Both the position numbers and the translations under genes were made by a program. This document shows positions 51,017 to 64,000 of a stretch of 64,000 bases of DNA, in pieces. Source of the stretch: Octopus sinensis (lineage: Eukaryota); NCBI RefSeq assembly GCF_006345805.1, contig NC_042997.1, positions 31,372,001-31,436,000 on the forward strand. Reading direction: 5' to 3'. How positions within the stretch are numbered: the first letter of the stretch is position 1; the number at the start of each line of letters is the position of its first letter. Under the pieces are notes generated by a model. The model was not told the origin of the DNA. It saw only the letters and a list, made by a program, of their open reading frames with translations, and made no database searches.

Positions 51017-53471
51017 TAGATAAGTGATAAACTACCCAATACTTATTGTAAAGTGATAATTTTACTCGGATTATGACTTTTGCTTCTGTACTAGTAGCTT
51101 TCAAAAATGTTGTTATTTTAGATAACAAGACTATGTCTGAAATATAAACATTTCTATGATAATTAAAAAAACAAAGATCCTGGGCTGCCGGACATATTCA
51201 TTACATTGGATAATCCATACTGCGTGCATCCAGTATATGAATTATAAGTCAGAATTATATAATTGTTACAGGTTGAGGTCGATAATCCATCACTAACTGT
51301 CCTTTCGAAGGAAAGTAACTAAAGAGAAATTTCTCTTTGGAATTCTACATAATTCTGACTCGAACATTATTTCTTCACCAAAAGGCAATCGAGTAAGGGA
51401 GACAATGCACATCATTCCTTGTGAATATATATTTCCAGAAACTACAGACTTAAAATTAACTGTCAAATCCCACGATCACAATCCCAGTTATATGATCTAG
51501 CACATCAATAAGAAGTTTATTGAGAGGAAGAGAAGCTAAAGTGGGGATACCTTCTGCTATGTGTAGCTGAAAACAAATTTTCAAATCATATGGTACAGGC
51601 ATAAATTTTGAATGCTAATAGTAGCCTTGACTATCAAGTGAATATTCAACCAGTAAATTAAGGTAAAGACAACTTAAATGGTGGTAACTCTCTTTGCATT
51701 TACATTTCCAAATCATACGCAGCAGACTTGAATTATGGAGGCCAAATTATCTTGAATATTGATTTCATACTCAAATACTGTTTTTCCTAATGTTTAAGCA
51801 ATCAAGTAATTACAGGAGTAATTTTTAAAACTTCCAGTTTATTTTCCTTTTTGTGTAAGTGAACAAGATAGCGAATCTTTATTTTTCTTTATTGAAAATG
51901 TTAACTGGCTAAGTTAGTATTTTAAGCTTCTAGATTACGCACAAATTGCAATTACTGCTACGACAGTTGCATGATTCTATTTTTGCAGGTATTCCCTGGT
52001 TAATTGCTGGTAATTTTGCCTTTTAGATACCCAGTATATTACTGTAGTAAAGTGAAATTACTTTTGCTGAACGAATGCATATACTATGCGTACCGGGTTT
52101 TGAAGGGGTTTGCAGTAATATGTGTAGTTTCACAACCGATTAAATATATTCCAAGATGAATGCAATTGTAATTACTGAGATTGATTCGTTGATATAATGT
52201 TCGACTGAAATACATTAAGTTTGGGCCCAGCATGACTGTATTCCAATGATTGAAAACAAAAGAATAAAAAAAAAAGAAAATGAAAACGTATGTACATATA
52301 TATAAACATATATTTACATAGATATACACATTTGTCTGTAAATGCACATTGAATTCTTGTTGATTTCCATGAAGGAACGGTTCAGTTGTATACATACACA
52401 TGTGCAGAATATGCATGTCTATGTACACATGTACATGCTAGTGTGCATGTGCAAACGTTTGCGTAGAGTGCTTGTTCTTCATTTTGTATGTGTACGTGCA
52501 ATGTGTAAGCTACGTGTCGGCGTTCGAATGGTGTCGTCTGGACATAAGTTGCGCGTGCAGACAGAACCAGTCGAGATGTCTTGAACTGTCTGGCGCCCCT
52601 TCTGATCACTGCTGATTACTTTCGGATCATACGTCATCAGCCAACAGACCACCGGCTGACAGCCTTATCACCCTCAGCCGATGCCATATTTTTGCTCTTC
52701 TTTTACAACATGGTTTCCTCTTTATCTCCATCAAACACATATACACACACACACAAATACATACATGCATAAATACATACATATATATATATATGTATAT
52801 CTGTATACATATTCTCTCTCCCATATTTCCCTTCTTCTCTCTTTCCTGTCTCTTTCTGCCTTGCTATCTGTTTCTCTTTCTGCCTTGCTATCACTCTCTC
52901 TTTCCTCTTGCGTGACTTCTATATGCTTTAATCTTTCTGTCTCCTAATTTCGATCACCATTTCCATTTTCACGTTCTTGTTATCGCTGTCTATCTCTCTC
53001 TTACTCTCTTCCCTTCTCCCACCTCTCTCTCTCTCTCTGTCTATTTTCTCTTTCTCTTTCTTATCATCTTTTCATTCACATTCCTTTAACATCCTTCATT
53101 ACTTGTCCCCCATTTTATCCCTATTCCCTTTGTCACGTCTTTATTATCTCTGCTCTCTAATTCTCTGTCTCTTTTCCTCTCTTATCTTTTCCCTCCATTT
53201 CTTCTCTATGATTCACTCTGTCTTTCTATCTCTTAATTTCTATCATTATTTTTCATTATCACGTCCTTGTTATCTGCCTCTAACTCTCTCTCATTCGTTC
53301 TCTTTTCCTTCTTCACTTCTTCAGTTTTATCTCCATATTTCTCTTGTCTACTACACCTTGTTTCCAAATCTATGACTTGCAAGGTCTTCATTTTGTATAG
53401 CAGTCTATCCCTATTTCTCTGTCTCTGTCTCTGCCTGTCTATCTCTCTCTGGCTAGCTGTCTGCTGTCTGT

Positions 53472-53947
<476 letters not shown>

Positions 53948-54148
53948 CATTTATTATTGTCTCTCACTATCTCCTTCTATATTTCAAACAGCCTCTCTCC
54001 TACAACACTCTCCTTTACACGCTTTCTCTTGCCCTTTTTATTTTACCTGCCTGTCACTCCCTTTCTTTATGCCTACATCTCCTTTTCTTTCTCTTTCCTT
54101 ATTTGTCCTCTAAAAGCCTTTCTATGCATCATTATCTCTTTAATCCTT

Positions 54149-54366
54149 AAGGCGGCGAGCTGGCAGAAACGTTAGCGCGTTAGACGAAATGCTTAGCGGT
54201 ATTTCAGCTATCGCTACGTTCTGAGTTCAAATTCCGCCGAGGTTGACTTTACCCTTTATCCTTTCGGAGTCGATAAATTAATTGCCAGTAAAACACTGGG
54301 GTCGGTGTAATCGACTAGTCCCTTCCCCAACAATTTCAGACTTTGTGTTTCTAGTAGAAAAGATTA
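54149..54366 (+). mobile_element. SINE family C (tail type ii)
   Basis: AAGGCGGCGAGCTGGCAGAAACGTTAGC...CTAGTAGAAAAGATTA. Confidence 0.9.
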
Positions 54367-54429
54367 TCCTTTACGTGCCGTCAATCCTTTACGTGCCGTC
54401 AATATTTCTCTCCTCACGTATCTGTTGTC

Positions 54430-55010
54430 TATCCCTCCACTTCGTCCCCACCTCCTCCCCTCCTCCTCACCTTCCTTCCCCTCCTCGCATTTTCCTCCTC
54501 CCCTTCCGCACCCTTCCTTCATCCCTCTTTCTCTTCCACCTCCTCCTTTTCACCATTCTCCTCATCACTTCCTTCTCATCACCATTTCATCCTTCTCCTG
54601 CCCATCCTTCTCCTCCTCTACTCCCATCTCACCCTTCTCCTCCTCACTCTCTTATTCCCCTTCCTCTTCTTTACTCTTCGTCTCCTCCTTCCTCTCACCT
54701 TTCCTTATCTTCCTCCTTCTCACCCTCACACTCCCTTCCCCCTACCTCCGCATCACCTTTCCTCATTTTCCTCCTTCTCACCCTCACAACCCTTCCTCCT
54801 CCCTTCCCGTCCTCCCCCTCTCCCTCCCCTCCTTATCCTCCCGTCCGCATCCTCCCCTCCTCATCCTCTCCTCCGCATCCTCCCCTCCTCATCCTCCCCT
54901 CCTCATACTCCCCTCCTTATCCTCCCCTCCTCGTCCACCCCTCCAAATAGGGCCTCACCCTCCCCTCAATCTCTCCACTGCCTCTCCTTCCTCTTCCCTC
55001 GCCATTTCCT
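54430..55010. repeat. C/T-rich low-complexity tract ((CCT)n-like)
   Basis: Almost no G on + over about 580 bp. Confidence 0.85.
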
Positions 55011-55488
55011 CTCATTCTTTTTGTATTCTCTTTTCTTTACAAATTTCAATATATTTTCTTTATAGTCACATTCCACCGGGGTCAGCATTGTGTTTCCTTC
55101 TTTCGTGGTCGATAAAGAAAGCACCAGCTGAGTTCTATTACAATTCTCTCCCCTTTTTGCTACAACTGGATATTCCGCTACGTCAATGGTTAGTCTAGAA
55201 GTGAGAATATAATACATGGATGAACTGCACAAACTTCGCTAAAAAGGGAAGATCGTTTCATTTCGTTTTCCTTAAAACTCATCAGGTATCGTTTATCTGT
55301 TAATGAGTTCATTTTAGTAATATACAAGCATACATATAGGTATGTATATATTATATGGGTATATGTATATGAATATATGTGTGATTATATATATATATGC
55401 TTGTACTTAGGGATGGTCATTTCTTAGCCAAATAAACACACACACTGTATATTCGTTCTTCACTCGTCTATTAGTGTTCTTATTTTAA

Positions 55489-55663
55489 CTTATGTCCAAC
55501 TCATGTCCGTTGTCCGGAAATCTGTCGTCACACATCTGTAACTTCTTCAGCGTCACTTTCCGTCTTCGTGTGTGCTCCTGCTCATGAAGATGGAAAGTGT
55601 CACTGAAGAGGTCACAGATGTGTGACGAAAGATTTCCGAAAAATGGGCATGAGTTCACATAAG
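55489..55663. repeat. Imperfect about 175-bp fold-back
   Basis: About 80-bp arms pair with a few mismatches and several G-U-compatible positions; each arm has CTGAAGA-R-GTYACAGATGTGTGAC-GAMA. Confidence 0.85.
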
Positions 55664-56202
55664 AGCAGTAATAAGGAGATAGACAAAGAACATGTTTTAC
55701 CAACAACATCATAGTTGTAACATAGAGTTACAACTATCTCCTTATCCTCTTGGAGATTTTAGGTAAAATTATACTGTGTCCTTCTAATTTAATTAAATTC
55801 TATGTCTTTATGCAGCTGAAGATTGCTCTACATTTTAAATTAATGAAATGAAATGATTGCAATGTTCAATTAAATGGAGTCGCTTGAAACGATCGTACTG
55901 CATTACCTCTGAATATCATTGTTGCTTATTTTGATTTTAATCACCTTATTTTGAAATTGTATGGATAATACGATACTAAATTATGGTGCCTCAACTTAAG
56001 TACTCATAATTATACATAACAGAAAGTGGGCAATAGAGGTTATAATCCAAGAAAAATGGTTAATGTGATTGAAGGTGACAAGGAGGAAGATAGACCCAAA
56101 GGAAACAGATCCATGTTTAGAGGCCCTGCACGTTTCCAGTTGTATTTGCAAGTCGTATTATAGCCAAAATGTTGCAGAAAATGACAGGGTGCTCAGGTGA
56201 TT

Positions 56203-56319
56203 CCGAAAGGATGAAAAGCAAAGTCGACCTCGGCAGAATTTGAACTCAGAACCTAAAGACGGACGAAATACCGCTGGGCATTTTGTACGGCGTTCTAGTG
56301 ATTCTGCCAGCTCGCCAAC
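56203..56319 (-). mobile_element. SINE family C 5' half
   Basis: CCGAAAGGATGAAAAGCAAAGTCGACCTCGGCAGAATTTGAACTCAGAAC...TTCTGCCAGCTCGCC. Confidence 0.85.
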
Positions 56320-56763
56320 TTAACACTCAGTTGTATTGCTTTCCCTTATCCTTCCTGACTCTCCAATATCACTCTCAGAGTCTTCTATTACTTTCCCCTC
56401 TTCACGTCTCTTCTAACCTCCCTTTATTTCCTCCCCTCATTCTACTACCGCACCCTACTTCAATTAATCTTCAACCTCTGACCTCTCCAGTATTTCCTAC
56501 CCTCATTTCCCTACCGCTCTCTCTAACTATTTTCTCCTCTCACTCCACTACTGCTCTTCTCCTCCGTATATCAATTACTTTCCTCCCTCTCACTGTCAGT
56601 CTGTAGCTCATCATCTGTTCTTACTATTACTCCCCCCATCACTTCTTCAGATACCCCTCTATTTCTCTCTCACAGTCTCTAGTTATTCATCTGATTTCAC
56701 TATTTCTCTCCCCCTGTTATACTTCTGCTTTCCTCCCCTTCTCTCAATGAGTCTTACTCCTTT

Positions 56764-57120
56764 CACTACCAATGTCTAGTTCCTCCTCTCCTCTCACTAT
56801 GTCTCTCCTCTTCCTTCAATGATCCTTACACCTTTCACACGCAATCTCTACTTCTCTCTCTCTCTCTCTTCAATGATCCTTCCATATTTTACGACCAGTC
56901 TCTAATACTTCTTTTCTTCCACTCTCTCCTCCTCCCAAATTTATCGTTCTCCGTCTCACTACCAATGTCTAGTTCTTCCTCTCCTCTCACTATGTCTCTC
57001 ACCTTCCCTCGGCGATCCTTACACCTTTCACAAGCAAACTCCACTTCCTTCTCTCTCCTCACTACGTCTGATCCTCTCTCCCCGCTACAATGATCCTTCC
57101 ATCTTTTACGACCAGTTTCT
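56764..57120 (+). repeat. Diverged about 200-bp tandem duplication in pyrimidine-rich DNA
   Basis: CACTACCAATGTCTAGTTC..CTCTCCTCTCACTATGTCTCTC..GATCCTTACACCTTTCACA and CAATGATCCTTCCAT..TTTTACGACCAGT each occur twice. Confidence 0.8.
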
Positions 57121-57579
57121 ACCACTTCTTTTTCTTCTACCCTCTCACCCCACCCACGTTTATTGTTCTACATCTCACTAACCAACGACTAGTTCCTCCT
57201 TTCATTCCGTTACCATTCTCCGTTCTCTCAATTATCCTTATACCTTATCTTCCTGTCTCTCTGCTAATCTCTCCATTTATCTCTAACACGTACAGTTTAT
57301 GTCTTGTCTGTCTCAAATGCCTGTCGTACACGATATTTTGCATTCCCTTCCCATGATGGCTTCTTCCACCGTCACTGTCCTCATCTTCCTGACCAAAAAC
57401 AGAGTTGGAATGCTCGAATAAAAGTACACGAAGAATTTACACACACACAGGTGCAGATACACATCGATATGGACTTGCGATGGTCAAAATAACATTATGA
57501 TACACAAAATTAAGGGAGCAGGCTGGTGGTAGTCGACGTGTTAAAGTGAGAGTTACCACATTAATGATAATTATGAATT

Positions 57580-57994
57580 CTGGTACAGGGCCAGAAGTTT
57601 TTACGAGAAGTTGTTTGCATCGCCTCCAGTATTATTTTATCGACCTCAAAAGAATGAAAAGCAAAAGAATGAAAAGTACAAAGTCTCGTGAGGATTTGTA
57701 CTCACAACGTAAAGACGGACGAAATACCACATTCTAAAGATTCTGCCAACTCGCTGCATTAGTTAACTCAATAATAATAATTTCAAATGTCAGAACAAGG
57801 TTAACAATTTCGTTGGAGGGGGTAAGTCGATTAGATCGACCCCCCAGTGTTTAACTGGTACTCCTTTTATCGACCCCAAAAGGATAAAAGACAAAGTCGA
57901 TTTCGGCAGAATTTGATCTCAGAACACGAAGACAGACGAAATGTCGCTAATTATTTTGCCTACGTTGCTAACAATTCTCTCAGCTCGCCACCTT
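57580..57994 (-). mobile_element. Two adjacent diverged SINE family C copies
   Basis: TTTTATCGACC..AAAG and TTCTSYCARCTCGC motifs twice (57580-57760, 57780-57994). Confidence 0.75.
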
Positions 57995-58149
57995 AATAAT
58001 AATATACGCCCAAATTGATGTCGCATGGACAAAGTCCTTTGGGTGGGAGGTGCCGCCACACTTCCTGCATATGCGTGATATTTTTCGCGCTAATAGGCCA
58101 CATCAGTCTCCGGTCCTTGACCCTAGAGTATAGACGTGTAGTGCACACC

Positions 58150-58560
58150 CGTCAGATTTTTGTTTTCACGGAATGCATTGTATAGAGATATTGCACCATG
58201 TTTTCCAAAAGCTTTGGTGATACTCAAGGTCAAATCACCTAGAAAATTCAGCAGACCTTTGGTGATGATGCCACGGGCAAAACTCAGATAAAGAATTGAT
58301 ATAACCTCAGTGGAGAGCGACACACGTTCAGACAGGTCATCTACAAGCCAAAACAAGGAACCGATTCAGAAGGTTTGGCGAATAGTCATGGCTGGCCGTC
58401 GTGTAAAAATCAAGGAAATTGCTCACAAACTGGGAACAAGATCAGGATCAGTGCATTCCATTTTAACGGAGGATTTTTGTATGCGGACTGTGTCGGCGAA
58501 ATTCCTTCCCAAGGCAACTCCACATAGAAATCGTTCAGGACATGCTGGACTGTGCAAACC
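58150..58560 (+). mobile_element. Decayed mariner transposase fragment
   Basis: ESDTRSDRSSTS..KVWRIVMAGRRVKIKEIAHKLG..SGSVHSILTEDFCMRTVSAKFLPK (second HTH and WVPK-like linker). Confidence 0.8.
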
Positions 58561-58626
58561 TTTTGAAGCACATTGTTCTGTTCGTCGAATCAATTGGAAC
58601 TCTTGTCGTCGTGACCGACGGAATGC

Positions 58627-58754
<128 letters not shown>

Positions 58755-58764
58755 ATTGTGTGTT

Positions 58765-58856
<92 letters not shown>

Positions 58857-59003
58857 TGTGCGTATGTTTGTGTGTGTGTGCAACCAAAACTCAAAGCTTC
58901 AAAAATCGGAACCTCTTCGTAAACTTTCACTGTAATACCTTCATCTCACTACCTAACACACCAGCCTCTCTCTCCCCCTGTCTCTCTCCCTCCATGTCTC
59001 TCT

Positions 59004-59045
<42 letters not shown>

Positions 59046-59533
59046 AAATAAATAAAAGAAATGAATAAAGAAATGAATTATACCTCACTACAACCCTTCC
59101 TTTCTCACAACCTACTCTCAACTCTTACATCTCTCGTTCACTTCAACCACCTCCTCTTCTACATCATGTCCCTTCTGTTTAAACTATTCACTTCTTTTTC
59201 ACTTTCATCGAATCTTATATTAGAAACTATTATACTGTCCTGCCAACTCACCAATGTCGGAAACTATATTTTTTCACTCGTCAAAACCATCAAACTTACC
59301 AATTACCAAGGTTTACTGAATCCCTTGACTTCTCCAATGATTTTAATGGGATTAATGATTTTTGTCGTCCCATGCTCATAAATCAAAAACGACTGCATCA
59401 TTCCGATGATGGAAATGTCAGAATGCTATCCTTGTTTATGGTAATAACCATGTATGCTAAAAACGGTACGCTTTACGCTTATTATGTATCTGCTTGTATA
59501 TATATATATACATTCATACATACATACATACAT

Positions 59534-59564
<31 letters not shown>

Positions 59565-59861
59565 AACATATATATATATATATTCATTTATCTGTAAATA
59601 TATGCATGTATGTAAGTATACATATATACATATATACATATATACATACATATATATATAATATATATATATGCATATATGCATATATATATACATATAT
59701 ATATAATATATATATGTATATATGCATATATATACATATACATACACACACATGCATATACATACATACATGCATACATACATGCATACATACATACATA
59801 CATACATACATACATACATACATACATACATACATACATACATACATACATACACACACAC

Positions 59862-59893
<32 letters not shown>

Positions 59894-60822
59894 ATACCTT
59901 TCCTGAGATTTAGCGGATCAGCGCCTTTAATTACATCTGAAAGCGTCTCTCGGTGATTGAAATATGAAGAGCAAATTGATCAACGTAACAATATGTTAAC
60001 CTGTCTCGCGAAGCTAAATAGATTAAGTGACTATCTTTTAAGTCTGAATATGAAGGCTGAATATTTAATCAATGGAAGGTGTTATGGGTGTTACTCAATA
60101 ATCATTTGTAAAACATCATCCCTCGTGTTCAGCTTGTGTCAGTTTGTCTTTACTGGTAGCAGAATGAAACTAATTTGTATTGCATTTCCAAACATGTAGA
60201 AGTATCTTTAATATAATAATATAATAATATAATAATATAATAATATAATGGTAAAAAGGAACGATATGTAAGATGTAATTTTAGATACATAATGTGTAAA
60301 AAACACTTGGGATGATCACGGCTGGAACACTTAATACTATAATTGTTCTAAATAAGGACGCTTTCATATGATCATAGTACAGATGTCTATCACAGTTCCA
60401 TTCACATCTAAGACACATTAAAGAAAAAAAATATCGAGAGAAACAAAGAGGGATTCTTACAACTTCCACTACCAAAGTTAGACGTTAGATTCTCCGTATA
60501 TCTCTCAATATATTTTGCATCTTCGCTAAAGGGAGCAGAGCCTCAGTTCTTTTAACCGCTCTCAATAACTCATCTGTAGCATCGGGGCAATCTTCTTAGT
60601 ATAACAGCGTTGAATGGACAAAAGCTTCGCTGTTATTTTGATGTTATGTGGCAAACATATTTCGGAGTAGTACTCTAGGTAACTGAGAACAACTGCTATC
60701 CGTGGGGCCAACATGGCTTCTGTTCTTTTTTTTTTCTGAATGATCTCATAATCCGACCAGTCAGTTACTTTCTCTTAGTTACCATATTAGAAATATGTAG
60801 AATTGGTTTCAAATTTTGGTTC

Positions 60823-61015
60823 GTGGCGAGCAATTTCGGAGAAGGGTAGGTCGACTATATCAACCCCAGTGCTCAACCGGTACTCATTTTATCGACCCCG
60901 AAAGAATGAAAAGCAAAGTCGATGTCAGCGGTATTTGAACCCTGGACATAACGACGGACGAAATATCACTGAGCATTTTGTCCGGCGTGCTAACGGTTCT
61001 ACCAGCTCTCCACCT
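60823..61015 (-). mobile_element. SINE family C, diverged
   Basis: GGTACTCATTTTATCGACCCCGAAAGAATGAAAAGCAAAGTCGA. Confidence 0.8.
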
Positions 61016-61657
61016 CACTGCAAATTTATATTAAATTGTATTTTATAGACGGCAAACATTATCTAATATAGAACACAATATACTGGATGCAGTGGACAGA
61101 CACATTTATTTCAACAAAAAATGATAGACTAATCTGAGTGAGGTCCAATCTGGGCGGTTTACGGCAGTTGGGGACAGCCTGGCCTGGGTCGAAACTTGGA
61201 CTAGATGGCTGCCAACTTTTGATATAATTTACACACGCTCAGACGGACACATACACACACAAACACACAAACACACATAGTATGTATGTATGTATGTATG
61301 TATGTGCATGTGTGTGTGTATGCGTGTGCGTGAGTACGTGTGAGTGTGTATATGTGTGTGATGCGAGTGAAACCGCATGATTTGTAATTTGCGGAAGTAC
61401 TCAATAGTAGCGCTCATTTGTCAACTTCACTTCGCTTAGAGAACTAATAAGTTATAACACACACTCACACACACACACACCACACACACACACACACATA
61501 CACATACACACACACTTAGATACACACACACACTTGCACATAGACACACAGACACAAACAGTCACACACCAGAAATCACGCGCGCGTGTGTTTGAGTGTG
61601 TGTATAGATAAATGTATGCAATATGCTTATATCATCAATCTATCTATCTATCTATCC

Positions 61658-61692
<35 letters not shown>

Positions 61693-61693
61693 C

Positions 61694-61759
<66 letters not shown>

Positions 61760-61763
61760 GTAC

Positions 61764-61832
<69 letters not shown>

Positions 61833-62751
61833 CGCGAGTGTCGCGTTGCTCTCAAGCAACTCTGCCGTCCTGGGTCGACCTTAAGTGACTTCAACACAAC
61901 CAAAGCATTCTATAGGGGTTTAGTGGAGGGGAGGTACGACGACGAGCTCGGGGCGAACCTGGACGTCGACGAGGAGTACCTGACCCGCCTGTTCGGGACG
62001 ACTTTCGGGCCAGGGCCCATGGACAACTTCCAGAGATCCCTGGCCTGGCAGTGCTACCGAGAAGCGCTACCCGTTCGGGATAAGCTCTACAGACACGGCT
62101 CGAGAAACACGGGGCCGACCTGCCCGAGATGCGGTCAGAGCGACGAAACCGTTCTGCACGCACTCGTTCAGTGTCCAACAATTTCTGACCTGTGGGCTTA
62201 TGTCGAACAACTGCTGTCACGTGTGGGACGAGTCGGTTTATCAGCTGAGTCTATCGTCAATATTGTCACGCCTCCTTCCTTCAAACGGGAAGGAAGAGCT
62301 ATTTTCATCATCCTTGTGGCTATGGCGAAAGAATGTATCTGGTGGACGCGTCTGAAAGGATTGGAGACAAACACTTTCCTCTCTGGTCAATCTCTCATCA
62401 ACTTCTTCAAGTACCACTTGAAAAGGAAAGTGAGAGTAGAGAGGCAAGTTTTGTCTAGCGAATGTTTTAAAAAAAGATGGGTGAATGTAGCAAGAATGGC
62501 ACGTATGAATGACGAAGCCACCTTGAGCATAGTCCTATGAACCCAGAAATTGAAAACAGAGAGTTGCTTATTTGCAAAAAAAAAAAAAAAAAAAAAAAAA
62601 AGAAATATAAAATATGACTTCATTGACCGAGGTTACCGTGGTCTTTTCCGCAGGCTTTTCTTTCCACGGGTAAACCTCACCTGTCCTCCCCTTTACACTT
62701 CATATTGACATTTCTGTGATAACGATCCCTATTGATCATTTTTTTTCCTCT

Positions 62752-62790
<39 letters not shown>

Positions 62791-62849
62791 CCCCTTATTT
62801 TTGTCCTCTTTCTCTCCTTTACGATCCCTTTTGATCGAACCTCCCTCTT

Positions 62850-62886
<37 letters not shown>

Positions 62887-62957
62887 CCTTCAAAAGAAAA
62901 GCTCTACCTTGTAATTTGTTCTATCTGTGTGCAGCCCTGTGTGGCTAATAAAGAAAC
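61833..62957 (+). mobile_element. 5'-truncated Tx1/L1-clade non-LTR retrotransposon inside a long (TATC)n array
   Basis: Open ORF2 C-terminus to the stop at 62540 with zf-RVT-type CPRCGQSDETVLHALVQCP, LAWQCYREALPVRDKL, AKECIWWTR and FKKRW, typical of Tx1/L1 ORF2; about 200 bp of TATC on each side; no poly(A). Confidence 0.92.
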
Positions 62958-62983
62958 ATATCTATCTATCTATCTATCCATCC

Positions 62984-63030
<47 letters not shown>

Positions 63031-63031
63031 C

Positions 63032-63113
<82 letters not shown>

Positions 63114-63117
63114 GTAC

Positions 63118-63173
<56 letters not shown>

Positions 63174-63565
63174 TTATCAGTATAATATATATCTATATCT
63201 ATGTATATATATATGTGTGTGTGTGTGTCTGTGTGTGTGTGTCTGTGTGTGTGTGTGTCTGTGTGTGTGTGTGTATGTGTGTATGTACAGATATAGACAC
63301 AAACATATTTGTGTACATACAAACTACTTCCAATATTATTAGATTTGCATATTGCTTTGGGATCTTATCGCTAGAGCTGCTGCACAGACAGTTTGATGTG
63401 ATCTATTGCTCCAATATGTCGCTCGAATAATAATTATATAATTTCCATTCATATAATGACAGCCGGTCAGCCTTGTACCGTTTCCCCATTGCATACTGAA
63501 TAAAAGATAATGGGTAAACACAAGAAAACGCTGTTAATTTGAGAGACATTGTTATACAGCTTGAT

Positions 63566-63589
63566 GGATATATATACATGCATACATAC

Positions 63590-63632
<43 letters not shown>

Positions 63633-63908
63633 TACATATATATATATATTATATATATATATTTATATTTATAATATATGTGTATATATATATGATATAT
63701 GTATACTCATAGTTATATGCATAAATACATACATATATTTACATACATACATACATATATGTATATACATACATATATATATATATACATACATATATAT
63801 ATACTATATATATATATACATATATATATACATATATATACATATATATATATACACACATATATATATATATATTTATATATATATTATTATATATATA
63901 TATATATA
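63566..63908. repeat. Interrupted (TA)n microsatellite
   Basis: Direct inspection. Confidence 0.95.
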
Positions 63909-63964
63909 AACAGTTACACGCGCAAATACATATCCTAGAAACACATTTTTGTCTCACTGTCAGT

Positions 63965-64000
<36 letters not shown>

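Noticed and set aside
54282-55198. Long Pro/Ser/Leu-rich ORFs (extensin-like)
   Set aside because: Product of a C/T-only low-complexity tract that is open in several frames.
59061-59470. Possible PLE GIY-YIG C-terminus and CCGATGA motif
   Set aside because: Similarity too faint to separate from low-complexity chance without an HMM search.

Overview
This is eukaryotic, AT-rich DNA saturated with microsatellites ((TATC)n, (TACA)n, (TA)n, (CA)n, (GA)n, (AAT)n), with one 100-N assembly gap. The SINE repertoire and microsatellite density suggest a cephalopod (octopus-like) genome; that is an inference, not a database result. I cannot support any intact host protein-coding gene, and most ORFs in the supplied track are microsatellite artefacts. 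The window is a transposable-element mosaic. (1) Five 5'-truncated copies of a Tx1/L1-clade LINE lack a poly(A) tail; four run into (TATC)n arrays at the 3' end, and three of those have TATC on both sides. (2) There are many Penelope-like element (PLE) termini carrying minimal hammerhead-ribozyme motifs, often as fold-backs inside (TA)n, plus a GIY-YIG-like remnant. (3) There are CR1-group LINE fragments. (4) There are at least three tRNA-derived SINE families: one shares its 3' tail with the CR1-type LINE, and another shares its 3' tail with the Tx1 LINE and forms a head-to-tail array inside a single TSD. (5) Tc1/mariner relics, MITEs and two copies of a non-autonomous Helitron are also present. 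The best candidates for new biology are the (TATC)n-targeting Tx1 element with its putative partner SINE and the multi-family hammerhead cluster with a variant CCGANGA core. All alignments and folds were done by eye.
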